A DNA stretch of 51,803 nucleotides, the filler included, from Catajapyx aquilonaris (lineage: Eukaryota), in NCBI GenBank assembly GCA_000934665.2. It is 2 parts of 2 records of this genome, joined end to end, with 100 filler letters (N's around TTAATTAATTAA, not from the genome) between each part and the next. Parts side by side here need not be neighbours in the genome. Positions count along the whole stretch, not along the records: positions 1 to 25,862 come from JYFJ02005291.1; 1 more part is not named here. One strand, written 5' to 3'. The position numbers were made by a program, and so were the translations under genes. Positions 12,866 to 24,720 of this stretch are shown here, in pieces. The number at the start of each line of letters is the position of its first letter. The first letter of the stretch is position 1. Below the pieces are notes generated by a model, which saw nothing but the letters and a program-made list of their open reading frames with translations, was not told the origin of the DNA and did not search any database.

Positions 12866-15084
12866 TCACATTTCGGTGTCTTCCTCTTTTTCTTGCGATG
12901 TTTCAATCTCGTAGTCGCAATCCTCCTGCAATAAAATATATTACTGCATTGGAATGAGTTAAAATTTATAATTTACTGCTAGGAATTACTTTTCAGAATC
13001 ACTGAAGGAGCAGTAGGTTATGCTCATTCTTTTTTTGCAGACTGTCGCCATGTAATACTCCGGCAAAGTAATGCATGTAATATTGTGATCAATTTCCGAC
13101 GTTTCAAGCAATGTCGTAAAGTGCGAAAGTGTTAATTTGTTCTATTGAAGATTAAGTTAGCATAGCCACTGAACTTGTTGCAAAGCTGGACAATAGTCAC
13201 ATGTAGGCTACTGTATACTGCTGTAGACTATTACCGGAGCTCAAGATGGCTCGGAAATGAATGAAAATATTCAGTTAGTATGGTCATTACGCCCACATCA
13301 CAGCCATTAAATCCAACCTTGACGAACTAAATCGTCTTACATCGATTTGAAAACGTCCATACATACAGGGTGATTCAAAATACTTGTTCGACTAATATGG
13401 CTATTTGTTGGCACGGAGCTGTTTTTTTGCAGTTACTTTTAGTGGCTATCAAAAGTATTAGCTGCTAATATTGTGACGAATTGAATCATCCATTAAATTT
13501 CAAGGTATTTCCGATTAGGAATAGTCAATGAGAACAATAATTATGGACTTCTTGTATCAATGGCAGAACTCACTTGGTGCATCCCAGACACTCTTGCAGT
13601 CTTTAAAAAGGATGGGTAGGCCTATGCACGTACCATAATGTCAGTAGCTAATACTTTTGATAACCATTAAAGCAACTGCAAAAAAACTGCTGTAAAGTAA
13701 ACAGCTTAGAGCCAACAAATAGCCAAGTTAGTCGGACAAGTATTTTGGATCACCCTGTATGAAACCGGGCATGTTATCAGTATACCCCTCAATTATGTAC
13801 TGTATACAGTATAGGCCCTACACTACAATATGCTTTGTTTAATAATTGAGTGAAAAGCAAGCGTGTCAATGCAATATTCACCCCGCTCGTTCCATCTGGG
13901 TCAGGTCGAGGTCTAATTCTTCCAGCACTACGAAGGCCTCTTTGCCGAGCGCTTTGAACACGCTGGTTCAACACCTGAAAAGACAGCGTGTTTAAAATCA
14001 TGCCTTTCATGCAGCGATGAACATACGTTACCTCTCGGCGACGTTTTTCAGCTTCAGTTTGCTTTTCGTCGATGTCTTCATGGGTTATGTTCATGGAAAC
14101 TTGCTGCTCTTCTAGGCGTCGCAACCGTCTTGGTGGATGGCGTTTTATGAGGGATTCATCAGCTACTTCTGATGGAACTTCGAATGCCACAGGTTGCTCT
14201 GCAATGATGAGAGTTAAAGACCAATCAGTTCACTGCACTAATGTAAGTTCTTGACTCATTTAGCTGAAAGCTTCTATTGTAGTTCACATCTTCAAACTTG
14301 CACCTGCATAGATCCCAGTTGGATATCCGGAGGGAAAAATAGACAGTTGTAGACACACCCACTTCGGGCAAGGCTGCTATCATGTAGAAAGCCAATTACA
14401 GAAAACCAAATCTGATTACAGTAACTTGCGCCAGGTACCTTGGCCTTGATGGTTATACCCAAGTTTATACCAAGCCATCGATTCAAGTGGCTGGATTCTA
14501 TTTGTTGACCAGTCTATATTTGTAACCCCTCATTAGTACGACTTCTTGAAGTGGGCTTCTCACGTTAACTGCTCGTTAAATTAGATGCAAAAATATTGTA
14601 ATTCGAGGAATGGAAGCCTCCATGGTTGTTAATTATAAAAATGTATGGACCTTTTCCATATGGCCTTCTGGGCTTTGCACAGGCATACGGTATTATTGCG
14701 ATAATAATAAAGTAGAGGCCCCATGGTGATGGCAACGTTATCGGTTTCCGATCCACAGCAAGGCCATCGTTATAGACCTTCATGCCGCTTATTTGATTTC
14801 ACCCCCTAGTAGAGCAACTCGAGCGGGTGTAATTGATGTAGGTGCCTACCTGGAGGTTGCGGCAAGGCAGCTTCGGCCCCATCTCCATTGTTGCTGTGTG
14901 CCATAGGTTTGTGGTTGTGCGGGGCCGAACCGTCAGCAGGTCGGTTAGAAAGAGCCGCTCGGAGGTTGCCTGCCTGAACAGGGTCCAAAGCGCCATCCAA
15001 AGGAGCCAATATGGCGTTGGCAGCAGGAAGTGCACTCTCGCTCACTTGAACCACATCTGTGGCTTTAGAAGAGCCGCACCCCAT
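12866..15084 (-). CDS. 184-aa N-myristoylated/palmitoylated protein with CCDC198(FAME)/stathmin-domain-like core
   Basis: Minus-strand exons 15084-14850, 14198-14032, 13974-13882 and 12925-12866, all GT-AG and phase-consistent. Starts MGCGSSK; core AFEVPSEVADESLIKRHPPRRLRRLEEQQ...ITHEDIDEKQTEAEKRRREVLNQRVQSAR; acidic tail EDCDYEIETSQEKEEDTEM*. An acceptor (tttcag) just before 15099 implies an upstream non-coding exon. Confidence 0.82.
13366..13757. mobile_element. Tc1/mariner-type MITE in intron 3 of the minus-strand gene
   Basis: TA|CAGGGTGATTCAAAATACTTGTTCGACTAA...TTAGTCGGACAAGTATTTTGGATCACCCTG|TA; long imperfect TIRs and TA TSD. Confidence 0.85.
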
Positions 15085-15750
15085 GCCACTCGCATTCTCC
15101 TGAAACAGTTTGATACAATACTAGAAACATGACTTTTTGATACATCTACATCAGGCATACGGATGAACACAGAACTCGAGGGATGTTCCATGTCCTACTA
15201 TACAGTCTTCAGGATATAACTTACATGTAAGTTATGTGAGTGTCCTGCTGATGTATGTTATTCAAGAACAACTACGGTACTGTGCATAATCTAAGAAAGC
15301 TGATGGGAGAGTATCTCTCTCAGCAGTCTCTCTCATATACTCGTACGGACTAGGTAGGAAGACGAATAATGCACATTGTGGCCCTGAACATAATCGGTGA
15401 AATTTCCGACACGAAAATCCACGGCTAATATTCTTTAAAAATATTTATATAATGTAATATTGCATACCATAGAGCGATTGAAGCTTATTTCTATCAGTAG
15501 CATGGAATCACGGACTGCATGGAATCAAGGCATCATTTTGAATGGTGGGCATCCAGAACTTCGTCAAGACTCGAGACATTTAGCATATACATATAAGATG
15601 CTAAAAGTGGCTTTGATATGGTCTTGGATACGCCAATACTTGCACTGTATTGGACAATTTAATATTGAGATGATTTGGGATTTTGCTTCAATTAATATTA
15701 TTCAAAATTGTGACTCAATATTTTCGTCCAATATACCGTAATCTATAATA

Positions 15751-16640
15751 TGTCGTAGCTCCATAGCGAAATTGGGCACTTCCTGAAATGCCTATACTGA
15801 AATTGGACCCATGCTGTATAGTAGTGCAATATCCCGCGAAGAATTTACAACATGTGTCCAGAAATATTGGACTGTAAGCGAGCGAAGTGTCAGCAACGGG
15901 TTGGACTGATGCCGTAATTCAGAATCTACCCAGAGTACGTGAGCAGATGAGCAAAACCAGAAGGTGTGGAGGGCATCAGGAGATGCAGAGTGCAGGCCAT
16001 ACCTGCCCATGACATGGACGAAATGTGAGGAGGGAATGTCTGGAAGTCCAGGAGTTGGTCATGACTCTCGAGCCAACGGTAGTCCAGGTGACTGTACGGA
16101 AAGGTTGTCATCCGTACTGTGAGTGAAGGCAAGTACTTGTCTGATTGGTTGATCATAAGTGCCATTTGGTGTGGCAAAGACATGTCCGAGGAAGTAACCA
16201 AAGTGCACTGCTGCACATCTTCTCTCTTCAGCATTCTCATGACCAATTTGGTCATCTCAAAGTCATATGCAGACTCCTGATACAATCATAGTATGGAATT
16301 TCCTAGTCACCTGGACTACCCTTGGCTGAAGAGTTAGGACCAACTCCTGGACTTCCAGACATTCCCTCCTCACATTTCGTCCAGGTCATGGGCAGGTATA
16401 TGGCCTGCACTCTGCATCTCCTGATGCCCTCCACACCTTCTGGTTTTGCTCAGCTGCTCACGTACTCTGGGTAGATTCTGAATTACGGCATTAGTCCAAC
16501 CCGTTGCTGACACTTCGCTAACAGTCCAATATTTCTGGGCACATGTTGTAATTCTTCGTGGGGATTGCACTACATACAGCATGTGTCCAATTTCAGTAGA
16601 CATTTCAGGATGTGCCCAATTTCGCTATGGAGCTACGACA
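15751..16640. mobile_element. Foldback-type element with ~340-bp inverted arms
   Basis: Arm 15751-16093 is the reverse complement of arm 16305-16640 (roughly 90% identical by eye), with a ~210-bp spacer and TA on both flanks. Confidence 0.88.
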
Positions 16641-19600
16641 TATACGTGCACCAGAATGGTCATGGTGGCTTTTATGTCCACCTCTTACTCCTTTATGGTT
16701 CATTAATTAAATAGTAATTTCAAACTGACTGTGAGAGTTACAGCATGTACCGGTTCTGTACAGTACTCATAATGCTTAAAGTGGGTTTGGCGCGTTTTCC
16801 GCAAAGCCAGCGACGGAGTTGTGACCGGATATTCAAAGATAATTAAATGGAGCTGAAGTGTTCAACTACCCGTATAACACCCGGCCTCCCAAGGGTCAGC
16901 CAGTTTTGTTTCCCAACAGTAGGCCTATTAATAGTGGGTGGTATAATGGTCCCGAGTTCGATCTCCGGGTCAGGAGGGGGACAATATTTATCGCGTGGAA
17001 AGTGTTTCTCTGCTTCTGTCGTTTCCTCCCACATTTCAAAATCCGACAAGAGCTCAGCGATTAACAAAGTGGGAGTTTAATAGAGGAGGTCGCAGGTCTA
17101 TCACAAGGACACATGAGTTATTATTATTATATATGATTTAATAATTATTACCACGTCACAATTATTCCTGTGCAATAGTATCCCCGGCTCACTTCCAAAG
17201 TCACCAAATCATATAGGCAGCATGTTGCAAGCAATTTATGTTATACAGTATACATATTTTTAAATTTAAGCATACAATTATGACTAACTCATCAAATAGG
17301 TCGCCCATAAAGTACAGTACATGTACTACATGACACCTGATGCACCTGGTTTAAACATTTTTCTACCTGAGAGCCCCCACCTTACATTGTACTGTACCCT
17401 CATATGAGTCGTTCATAAGGAGCAGGCCATGTCACGCTGACATAATAATTATGATGGGGTTGAATCCAGAGAGAGGGGCCTGGGGGCCTACTCTAATATT
17501 ATTTTACTGGCGAGTTCGATGAAATTTATGTATGTAAATCCCTTGTAAATACTACCACCGGGCTCTATATAGGGCTACTTTTAAAGATAAAATTGTTTCC
17601 GTATCAGTTCCAACTAGCACTCTGCCTGCCCTCGTAAATGCAGTAGGCTATATTATATCAATTCAAAAAGTCACTTCCTTTGTGGGGAAAACAGGTGAGA
17701 ATGGATAAGTAACTTATGGGGGGGGGGGGGNCAACAGTGCAGCGAATATTTTCGAGCTGGGGAATCTCGCCCTGCTTGACTACGCATAACTTTGGAGGAA
17801 TGTTAAAAATCAGCCTGACGTAATTTATGGATACCTTCATGTCAAAAATGTCATCTGAAACTTTTTCGGAGCATTTAGATGTCTCGTACTTTTAAAGGAG
17901 AATTGATAAGGAGGGTCACCCAGCAGTGAGCCCTTCAGCCCAGATATCTCGTATAGGCCTACTGTAAGCAACACTGAGAGCACGGACCTTTCCTCTGTAA
18001 GACTCCATTTACTATACTGACTGTGCACTATGTCCAGACTATGTCCTTCTCTTCATACACACATTGACAGAGATATCTAGCGAGGGTCCACTGCCTGACG
18101 AAAAACCTGAACTAGGTTTCTCCACTTGTTCGCATATTTTTCCATCGGTTTACAATCTGTGGAAATTGGCCAACTAATTTTGAAACACGCTGTACTTCAG
18201 AACGTACGGTACAAGAGTTCTCGATGAATTGCTGTGAATTTTTAAGCTTCTTTTAAAATAATATCCCTCAGCTCACACGTTGATATGCTCAATAATACAG
18301 TACTGTGACCCTTCTTTTTCTTTAATTACGTATGAGGTATGACTATCTTATAATTATTAATACGGGAAGATTTTCGGAAATGAGCGTCCTGATGCTATAC
18401 AACAATCAGCGCTCTATACAGCACAGAGGTGAAAGTTAGAAACAAAGCGACAAAAACCCCATTCAACTTGACAGAATACTGATAGTTCATAACACCAGAA
18501 TAGGTTTGGCAGAAGCTTTTTTGTACCCCTAGAAAAGCCCGCCTCTTGTTTTTCAGTCCTGTACTGTACTTTCGGGCTAACGCGAACGTTCATAAATCAT
18601 TACGGATAAGCTTAGTGCTATTACTAAAGTTGTATCCTCCTAAAATTGCCCACACCATCTAAACACACTGCACAATAATGGTCAGAGGAAATAACCCCCG
18701 TCCGTTGAAATAACTGATGAACGACCTGAAAGCAGTAAAATATTTACGATTTCCGATTTTCCGACATTCCAAATGTATACCGGTATATGTATACGTATAT
18801 ACGTATATATCTATTTCCATTTGTGCTGCAGTGAATTATCGATCATGCTATTTTCATTCGCAGAAATGAACCAACCCGCCATTTTTATAACCATATAGCA
18901 AGAGTTTGAACATTGAATAGTTTAGGCCTTATCTACAGGCACACAGTAGCGGCCTATGCTGTAGCCTACGTTTACAGTATATGCATACGTGTAATCATAT
19001 TTTGAATGTGGTATGCACTGAGAAGATAGCGAATCGACCAGTTTTAATCTACAACATTGACAAGAGTGTTTTGAGGCTTTGTTGTAATATCATAATATGT
19101 TAAAAGGGTTTTAAGAGTAGAATTTACAACTAACAAATTATTAATAAATGCATGTTCATTACGGACTAAACTGTATAGATATGTGTTTTCTATTCGTTAT
19201 CATTTCATACCGGTATGCAATTTTTTCAGCTTGAGTAGGAAAGTAGCATTATTCCCTCATAAATTGTCTATTGGACGTAGGAAGTTATAACCCAAATCTT
19301 CGGTAGCTTCAGACTGCACAGGAAGTAACGACAAATGTAACTGACCTCATTCTCAAAATGTAGTCAACCCCATAATTTAATCAGTAGCCCCACCTATTCG
19401 CATGGTTTTCCCCCGTGCAATAGTTCCTTTATGACGCGTGACCTTTCTGAAACTTCGCGAAAAAGTGACCCAAACGCCTAGTACAATGATATCATCACTA
19501 TGGAAGTTCTGCCAAACATTATACCTTCCAAAAAGCCTGCGCAATCCCCCCGCATTATTGAAGTGACAAAATATCAACCCCAGTCCAAGGACTACTTCGA

Positions 19601-20327
19601 TCCTTTGCAATATTTATGCGTGAGACCTACATTTTGCTAATAAGACCTTCAGACATTTTTTTGTATTGTATTGTATGATACCTGCAGCAGACCGGCGCCG
19701 TAACATGTCTGCTAAAATCAGTTGCAATTTTACAATTATTATACTATTTTAAAATATAAGATTACTGAGTCTTTAATATTTCATTACTATTTCTTGCTAA
19801 ACCTGATCTACTGTATTTGCTGGTACTGTAGTGACTTCTCTATACTGTATACACACTTGTCGACAAACAGAGGAAATACCAGAAAATACTCACATCTCAT
19901 GGCTTGTTGGCGATCGTACTTGAGGGCTAAGAGAAAACTGACCCTCGGACTGGCTACCACCGACTGGACAAAGCACTTTTGTTGGCCGGACGGTCGCTTG
20001 GAAACCAGGAAGCCGGAAATGGGATCACGCAGGCGCGTCCTCATGTGGGCCACCTGTAGTTTGTACACTTTACACCTGGCAAGGGAAAAAGATCGATGCA
20101 AACTTGGCTTGTCCACTCATCTGAGATCCGATTCAGAAAAAGGGACAATATATGGAATCTGTCAGGAACTGATTTTGAGCATGACCCCATGAATGCATGA
20201 ATTCGCATTTTAGCAACAACTAACACGTGGCATATGATAGTCGATAATAAATTTTGCATCTCAGCAAACTGCTTCTAGACTGAACTTTAGTACTGATGCG
20301 ACACTTGTAAGGTTATATCACTCCACA

Positions 20328-21998
20328 ATGACGGTACATTTGATTTGGTCGCTGTTTATTCTCATTTCCATCCTGAAGAACCATTATGTTACGGGACAGA
20401 TAGTCAAGTAGGTCATTAGCTATATCTTCAAAGTATCTTAGTGGTTGCAAATTTTAATTTCACATAGATATGATGCATCATCAACACTGATGTCTAGGAT
20501 ATCAAACCTGTTAGACACCCAATACCAATATGATGTTACCCTTTTTGTTGGTCATGGGGAGGACATCAAAACATTCAAGGTGCGTTCAAAATTACATTCC
20601 TGAATCAAGTGCTAGCTTAACCGAATTCATCCGGAACAGGTGCATAAGCTGATCATGTCTATAAGCAGTCCTGTATTTGCTGACATCCTCCGAGAAAGCT
20701 CATCCAAGACTGTCCATCTGTCAAACATGTCGCCTCGTATTTTCGAAATTATTTTGAACTACATTTACAAAGATTTAGTGGAGGTGGAACAGCTGAGAGA
20801 CACTTGGGAATTGTGGATAGCGGCTTCAAACTACGGCCTAACACCTTTAGTTCAAGCCACTGAACCCGTAAGTGCACTTGTGTACGACAAAGGAATAGAC
20901 TAACAATAATTTGAATACCATTCCAGATTATTGATAAACACGCTTCATATCTGCTAAATATCATCGAATTTACGTACCTCCCTGAAGAAGTGGTGGCTGA
21001 AATACTGCAAAGGCCCATGCTGAATGCCCCTGAAGTGCGCATTTTTGAAGGCCTGAAGTACTGGTAAGTGTCAACTTGCTGATTCCGCATGTTCGTATAC
21101 TGACCTGCACTGCCAAAGCGATAACCCACAACGATAAGGAGAGCAATAGACGATGGCCTACAACTAGTACATTGCGATCGATTTCTTGCACAATAGTGTC
21201 CGTGGCTTCGCCACCAAAAAAAGCTATACAGACCTACAACTAATGTCGTTGTAATTCCACAGGGCAGAAGAATCACTCGTCAGGGACAATATGACTGCAT
21301 TGCCAGACAATTTGCAAAACAAAGTAACCAGCCTGTTACCCATGATTGACCTGGAATCCATGTCTCCACTGGAGTTGACAGATGTGGTGGTCCCTTCTGG
21401 TTTGGTGCCCACCACCCAAATGAACGCCTTGTTGGTCAAACTTGTCAAGAAGGTCATGCCTGACGCAGAAACGGGTCACAGTCCATCTCGAATCCAGCGA
21501 AGGGAAGTGACATGCCAGAGGCAGAATGATGTGGAAGACGTGTCTTACTTGATAGAGAGTGCTCCAACAGATCATTACTTAAAGTTTAATACCAATTGTT
21601 CGTCGCCTTGTTACCTGGCCGCGGTGCAGGTGACCTCTTATTTCGTCAAAGAGGATGGTCAGAGTGTGAGTGTAAATGCATTGCTAGAAATATCTGACCA
21701 TGATGGTAGCAAGCTCTATTGGGATGCGAGAATTTTGTCCGAACCTTATGAATTTCGGTTGTACAACCCACTTCTGTTGAGAGATGGAGAAACTTACCGT
21801 GTTCATTTGTGGACGGGCGATTTCAAGGCCGGTAATGAGGTCGAAGGTCATATAATTCCTTTTGGGCTACAGTTTTGTTCCAATTGCCAGTCTGAAATGT
21901 GGTGCGGAAAAGTTATGGTTCAGATGCTGCCCGATCCGAAGTCCGAATTCACGTCGGCCACCTCTGGACTAGTGTCCAGCTTGAAATTTTACGTGTAG
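20328..21998 (+). CDS. BTB/POZ-BACK protein (430 aa) with signal-peptide-like N-terminus and Cys-containing, possibly PHR-like C-terminal domain
   Basis: Exons 20328-20407, 20468-20579, 20640-20867, 20927-21063 and 21263-21998 (1293 nt, in phase; introns 60, 60, 59 and 199 nt). BTB motifs: YDVTLFVG..TFKVHKLIMSISSPVF, MSPRIFEIILNYIY, AASNYGL. BACK-like motifs: EFTYLPEEVVAEIL, EVRIFEGLKYW, LLPMIDLESMSPLEL. AATAAA at 22020-22025. Confidence 0.88.
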
Positions 21999-23301
21999 AC
22001 AATCCATGAGCCATTACGAAATAAATGATGTAGTTCACATATCAAGTTTTATTTGCATCATCATCATCAGGCTTCAGCAAAAAAAAAGAATTAAAAAATG
22101 CAAGAAATGTAAAGCCCAACGGCGTAGATGATATGAACCCAAAAAAAATTAAGTCACGCGATATTGTATTTCTGAGAAGACAGATGCTAGTACAAGTAAT
22201 AAAATAATAAATATTTTATTACTTGTATACTTGTATACTGACTGTATGAGTGTATCTCAGAGTACAGTATTGCCTGTTCATATGACAATTATTGTCATAT
22301 GAACAGGCAATACCGGGCAATACTGTACTCTGAGATACAGTATTATCATTCAATAGTGGAGCCGATATAGCCCACTCGCGCCGCACATTGTCGTAAAAAA
22401 GTACTGCTGGAATTGCATTGCACTGCCATCTGTTGGGAAGGAAACTAGGAAAGTGGAAATCCAACATGGCGCTCTTCCATCCTGATACCGGTCGGGCAGG
22501 AAATTCAAGGGAAAATCAGTCTGGCGATTTCCGAAGCCGAAAAATAAGTAAATAATGTTGATACAGCTTTTATTTCTACGCAGCTGGACATGTTGTTTCA
22601 GATACGTCTGGGAATGGCTGAGCTATGGCGGATTTGGAATGAAAGAGCGTTTTCAGTCACATAAAACCATCCCCATAGGAGGAGCGGGAGAGAGGAAGCA
22701 ATTGGGATTCCGCATCAATTTTTGGTTCATGTCAATCGTGAGAACGTATCCTGCTTTCAGGTGGGAAATTTTCAATTGTACATTATATTTCGTTCTTTTC
22801 CTGAAGCCTGCTGCTAATTCTTGGAGAGGCCTGTAGACATAAGGGAAGATGCTGGACTGCAATGAGTCAGAGTCTGTGGCTCATATGAAGAAGGACAAGG
22901 AGGAGGAGAGGCATCACAGTCCACTGGAATCGGAGGAAAATGAAGTGAAAGTCGAGGAGTCGACTCAATAGGACACTACAAGCAGACAAGGATTGCCATA
23001 CCACTTTTGTCATAATTCACTATTTAGGTGAGTTAGGGGCAGTTCAGTTTGTTGTAATATTGTACGAAAGTACTGACCAATAACTTCAGAAAACCTGCTC
23101 GTTTTACAAGTAAAATGCTTGTGTCAGTGCCGGATTAAACCCTGAGCAAATTATCTCCTAATATGTTTTTTTTACCAACCAGCAATTTTAATGGACCATT
23201 TTTACACTAAAAGAAACATTAACAATTATTATTGCTGTTAAATAAATTATCATTCTATATTATTAAACAATAGTTATTAAATTTTATTTCACAACATTAT
23301 T

Positions 23302-24311
23302 GGGCAATTCCACGCGTTATGTATACAGACCATCGGAAGCTGTATTGAGGTGTTTAGGAGTCCACCGCGGCTAGGTACTTGCCGTAATAGATTAACTGTT
23401 ATGAAAATCAGATGCAGCGCAGAAATGTGAAGGTGAGGGACATCATGGAAATTTCATTCGATGGCCATCCACGCGTGTGCGATTGTCTGAAATCTCGTTA
23501 CGTACAATCCGTCATTGGACACCAGTTTCTGGGGTATATGCAACTAGGGGGAAACTCTGCGAAATTTGACAGCACAGGTTTCGAAGCTCAAGTGCATGTG
23601 GGGCAGTAGGGTGCGAGGAACCTCATCATGCCATTAGATTGGGAGAATTCTCATTTTGAACGTGAAAAAAACATTTGAGATATCCACCCGTTACGTACCA
23701 CCCGGCATCGTTACGTACAACCTACAGCGATTTACTGGGAGTAGCATAAATTTTTGGAGATTGGAATGTCTGTGAATTCATAATCTTATAATGGCTCCGC
23801 TGCACTGAAATAGGAACTAGGTCAGTTTTTGCCCTTTGGATACCTTTTGGTGTGGCTGTGGAAGGTCACACATTCATGAATACAGCAAAGCAGGGATGGA
23901 AAAAGAACCGCTTCTTTGGGAGGAAGCGGTTCTTTTTCCATCCCTGCACATGGAAAAAAAGAAGCTCTTCTTGGAAGGAAGCTGTTCTTTTTCCATCCCT
24001 GCAGCAAAGTGATTGCACAGGTCGATGTTGCATTTTGTGCCCTTGAATTATATGCAGACGTCTGTCTCTCTTCCTTTCACATATCGGTACAGCGAATAAC
24101 CAGCTGGCAATGCGCATTAGCCGAACGGATATCACAGAGCGCACGCTTAGATACTCTGGGAATAATACTGTGTTGTTGGGAATGATACTGTCACAAACTA
24201 ACATGGCTAAGGAAACCATGGTCCACATGCTATCAGTTTTAGTCACTCAGATTCCAACTGCGTCAAGATGTAAGAACCGCACCCCATGTCTGCTCTTTCG
24301 TGGAATTGCCC
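23302..24311. mobile_element. Non-autonomous DNA transposon with 4-bp TSD (Sola2-like termini)
   Basis: TATT|GGGCAATTCCACG...CGTGGAATTGCCC|TATT; 13-bp perfect TIR. The superfamily is inferred from GRG termini and the 4-bp TSD. Confidence 0.75.
23891..24001. mobile_element. 111-bp hAT-type mini-element (double hairpin) nested in the 23302-24311 element
   Basis: 8-bp TSD CAGCAAAG at 23883-23890 and 24002-24009; termini CAGGGATGGAAAAAGAAC...GTTCTTTTTCCATCCCTG. Confidence 0.85.
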
Positions 24312-24341
24312 TATTACACATTTCAATAAACCAAGAAAACT

Positions 24342-24720
24342 TTAAACATTCACTTTCCTCAATTTTTGAGTGATGAAATCTTTCAGGATATCTAGGAAGT
24401 CTTGTCTTTTGCAAGACGCCGTATTCAGGGCCATAATGGCAATTGAGTTCAGTCGTTCTTGTGTCACTGAAGATAGATGACAATATTTCAGCAGTTTTAT
24501 CTTCGAAAAGGTTCGTTCCCCTGTAGGATTTGTGATCATGAGGCACCGATAAATTCTTGACGCTGTCATAACATTTGGGAACGTTGATTGCACAATATTT
24601 TCAAAAAAAATTTGCACGATCGCAATGCTGGCACTGTTTCATCAGCTGTGAAATCTTCGAACTGTGATATGATTTGAAATACATGAAATGAACCATTTCA
24701 TCTGCAAACTCCAAATCTGA
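24342..24720 (-). pseudogene. Degenerate hAT transposase C-terminal dimerisation domain (ZMYM1-like)
   Basis: Translation STFPNVMTASRIYRCLMITNPTGERTFSKIKLLK...SSVTQERLNSIAIMAL...FLDILKDFITQKLRK* fits the hATC consensus (FPN..ERSFSKLK..QERL). The upstream part is frameshifted. Confidence 0.85.

Noticed and set aside
19722..20192. 156-aa and 102-aa overlapping ORFs upstream of the BTB gene
   Set aside because: No recognisable domain or exon structure; likely chance ORFs or repeat-derived.
20749..21276. 175-aa minus-strand ORF
   Set aside because: Antisense shadow of the BTB gene exons.
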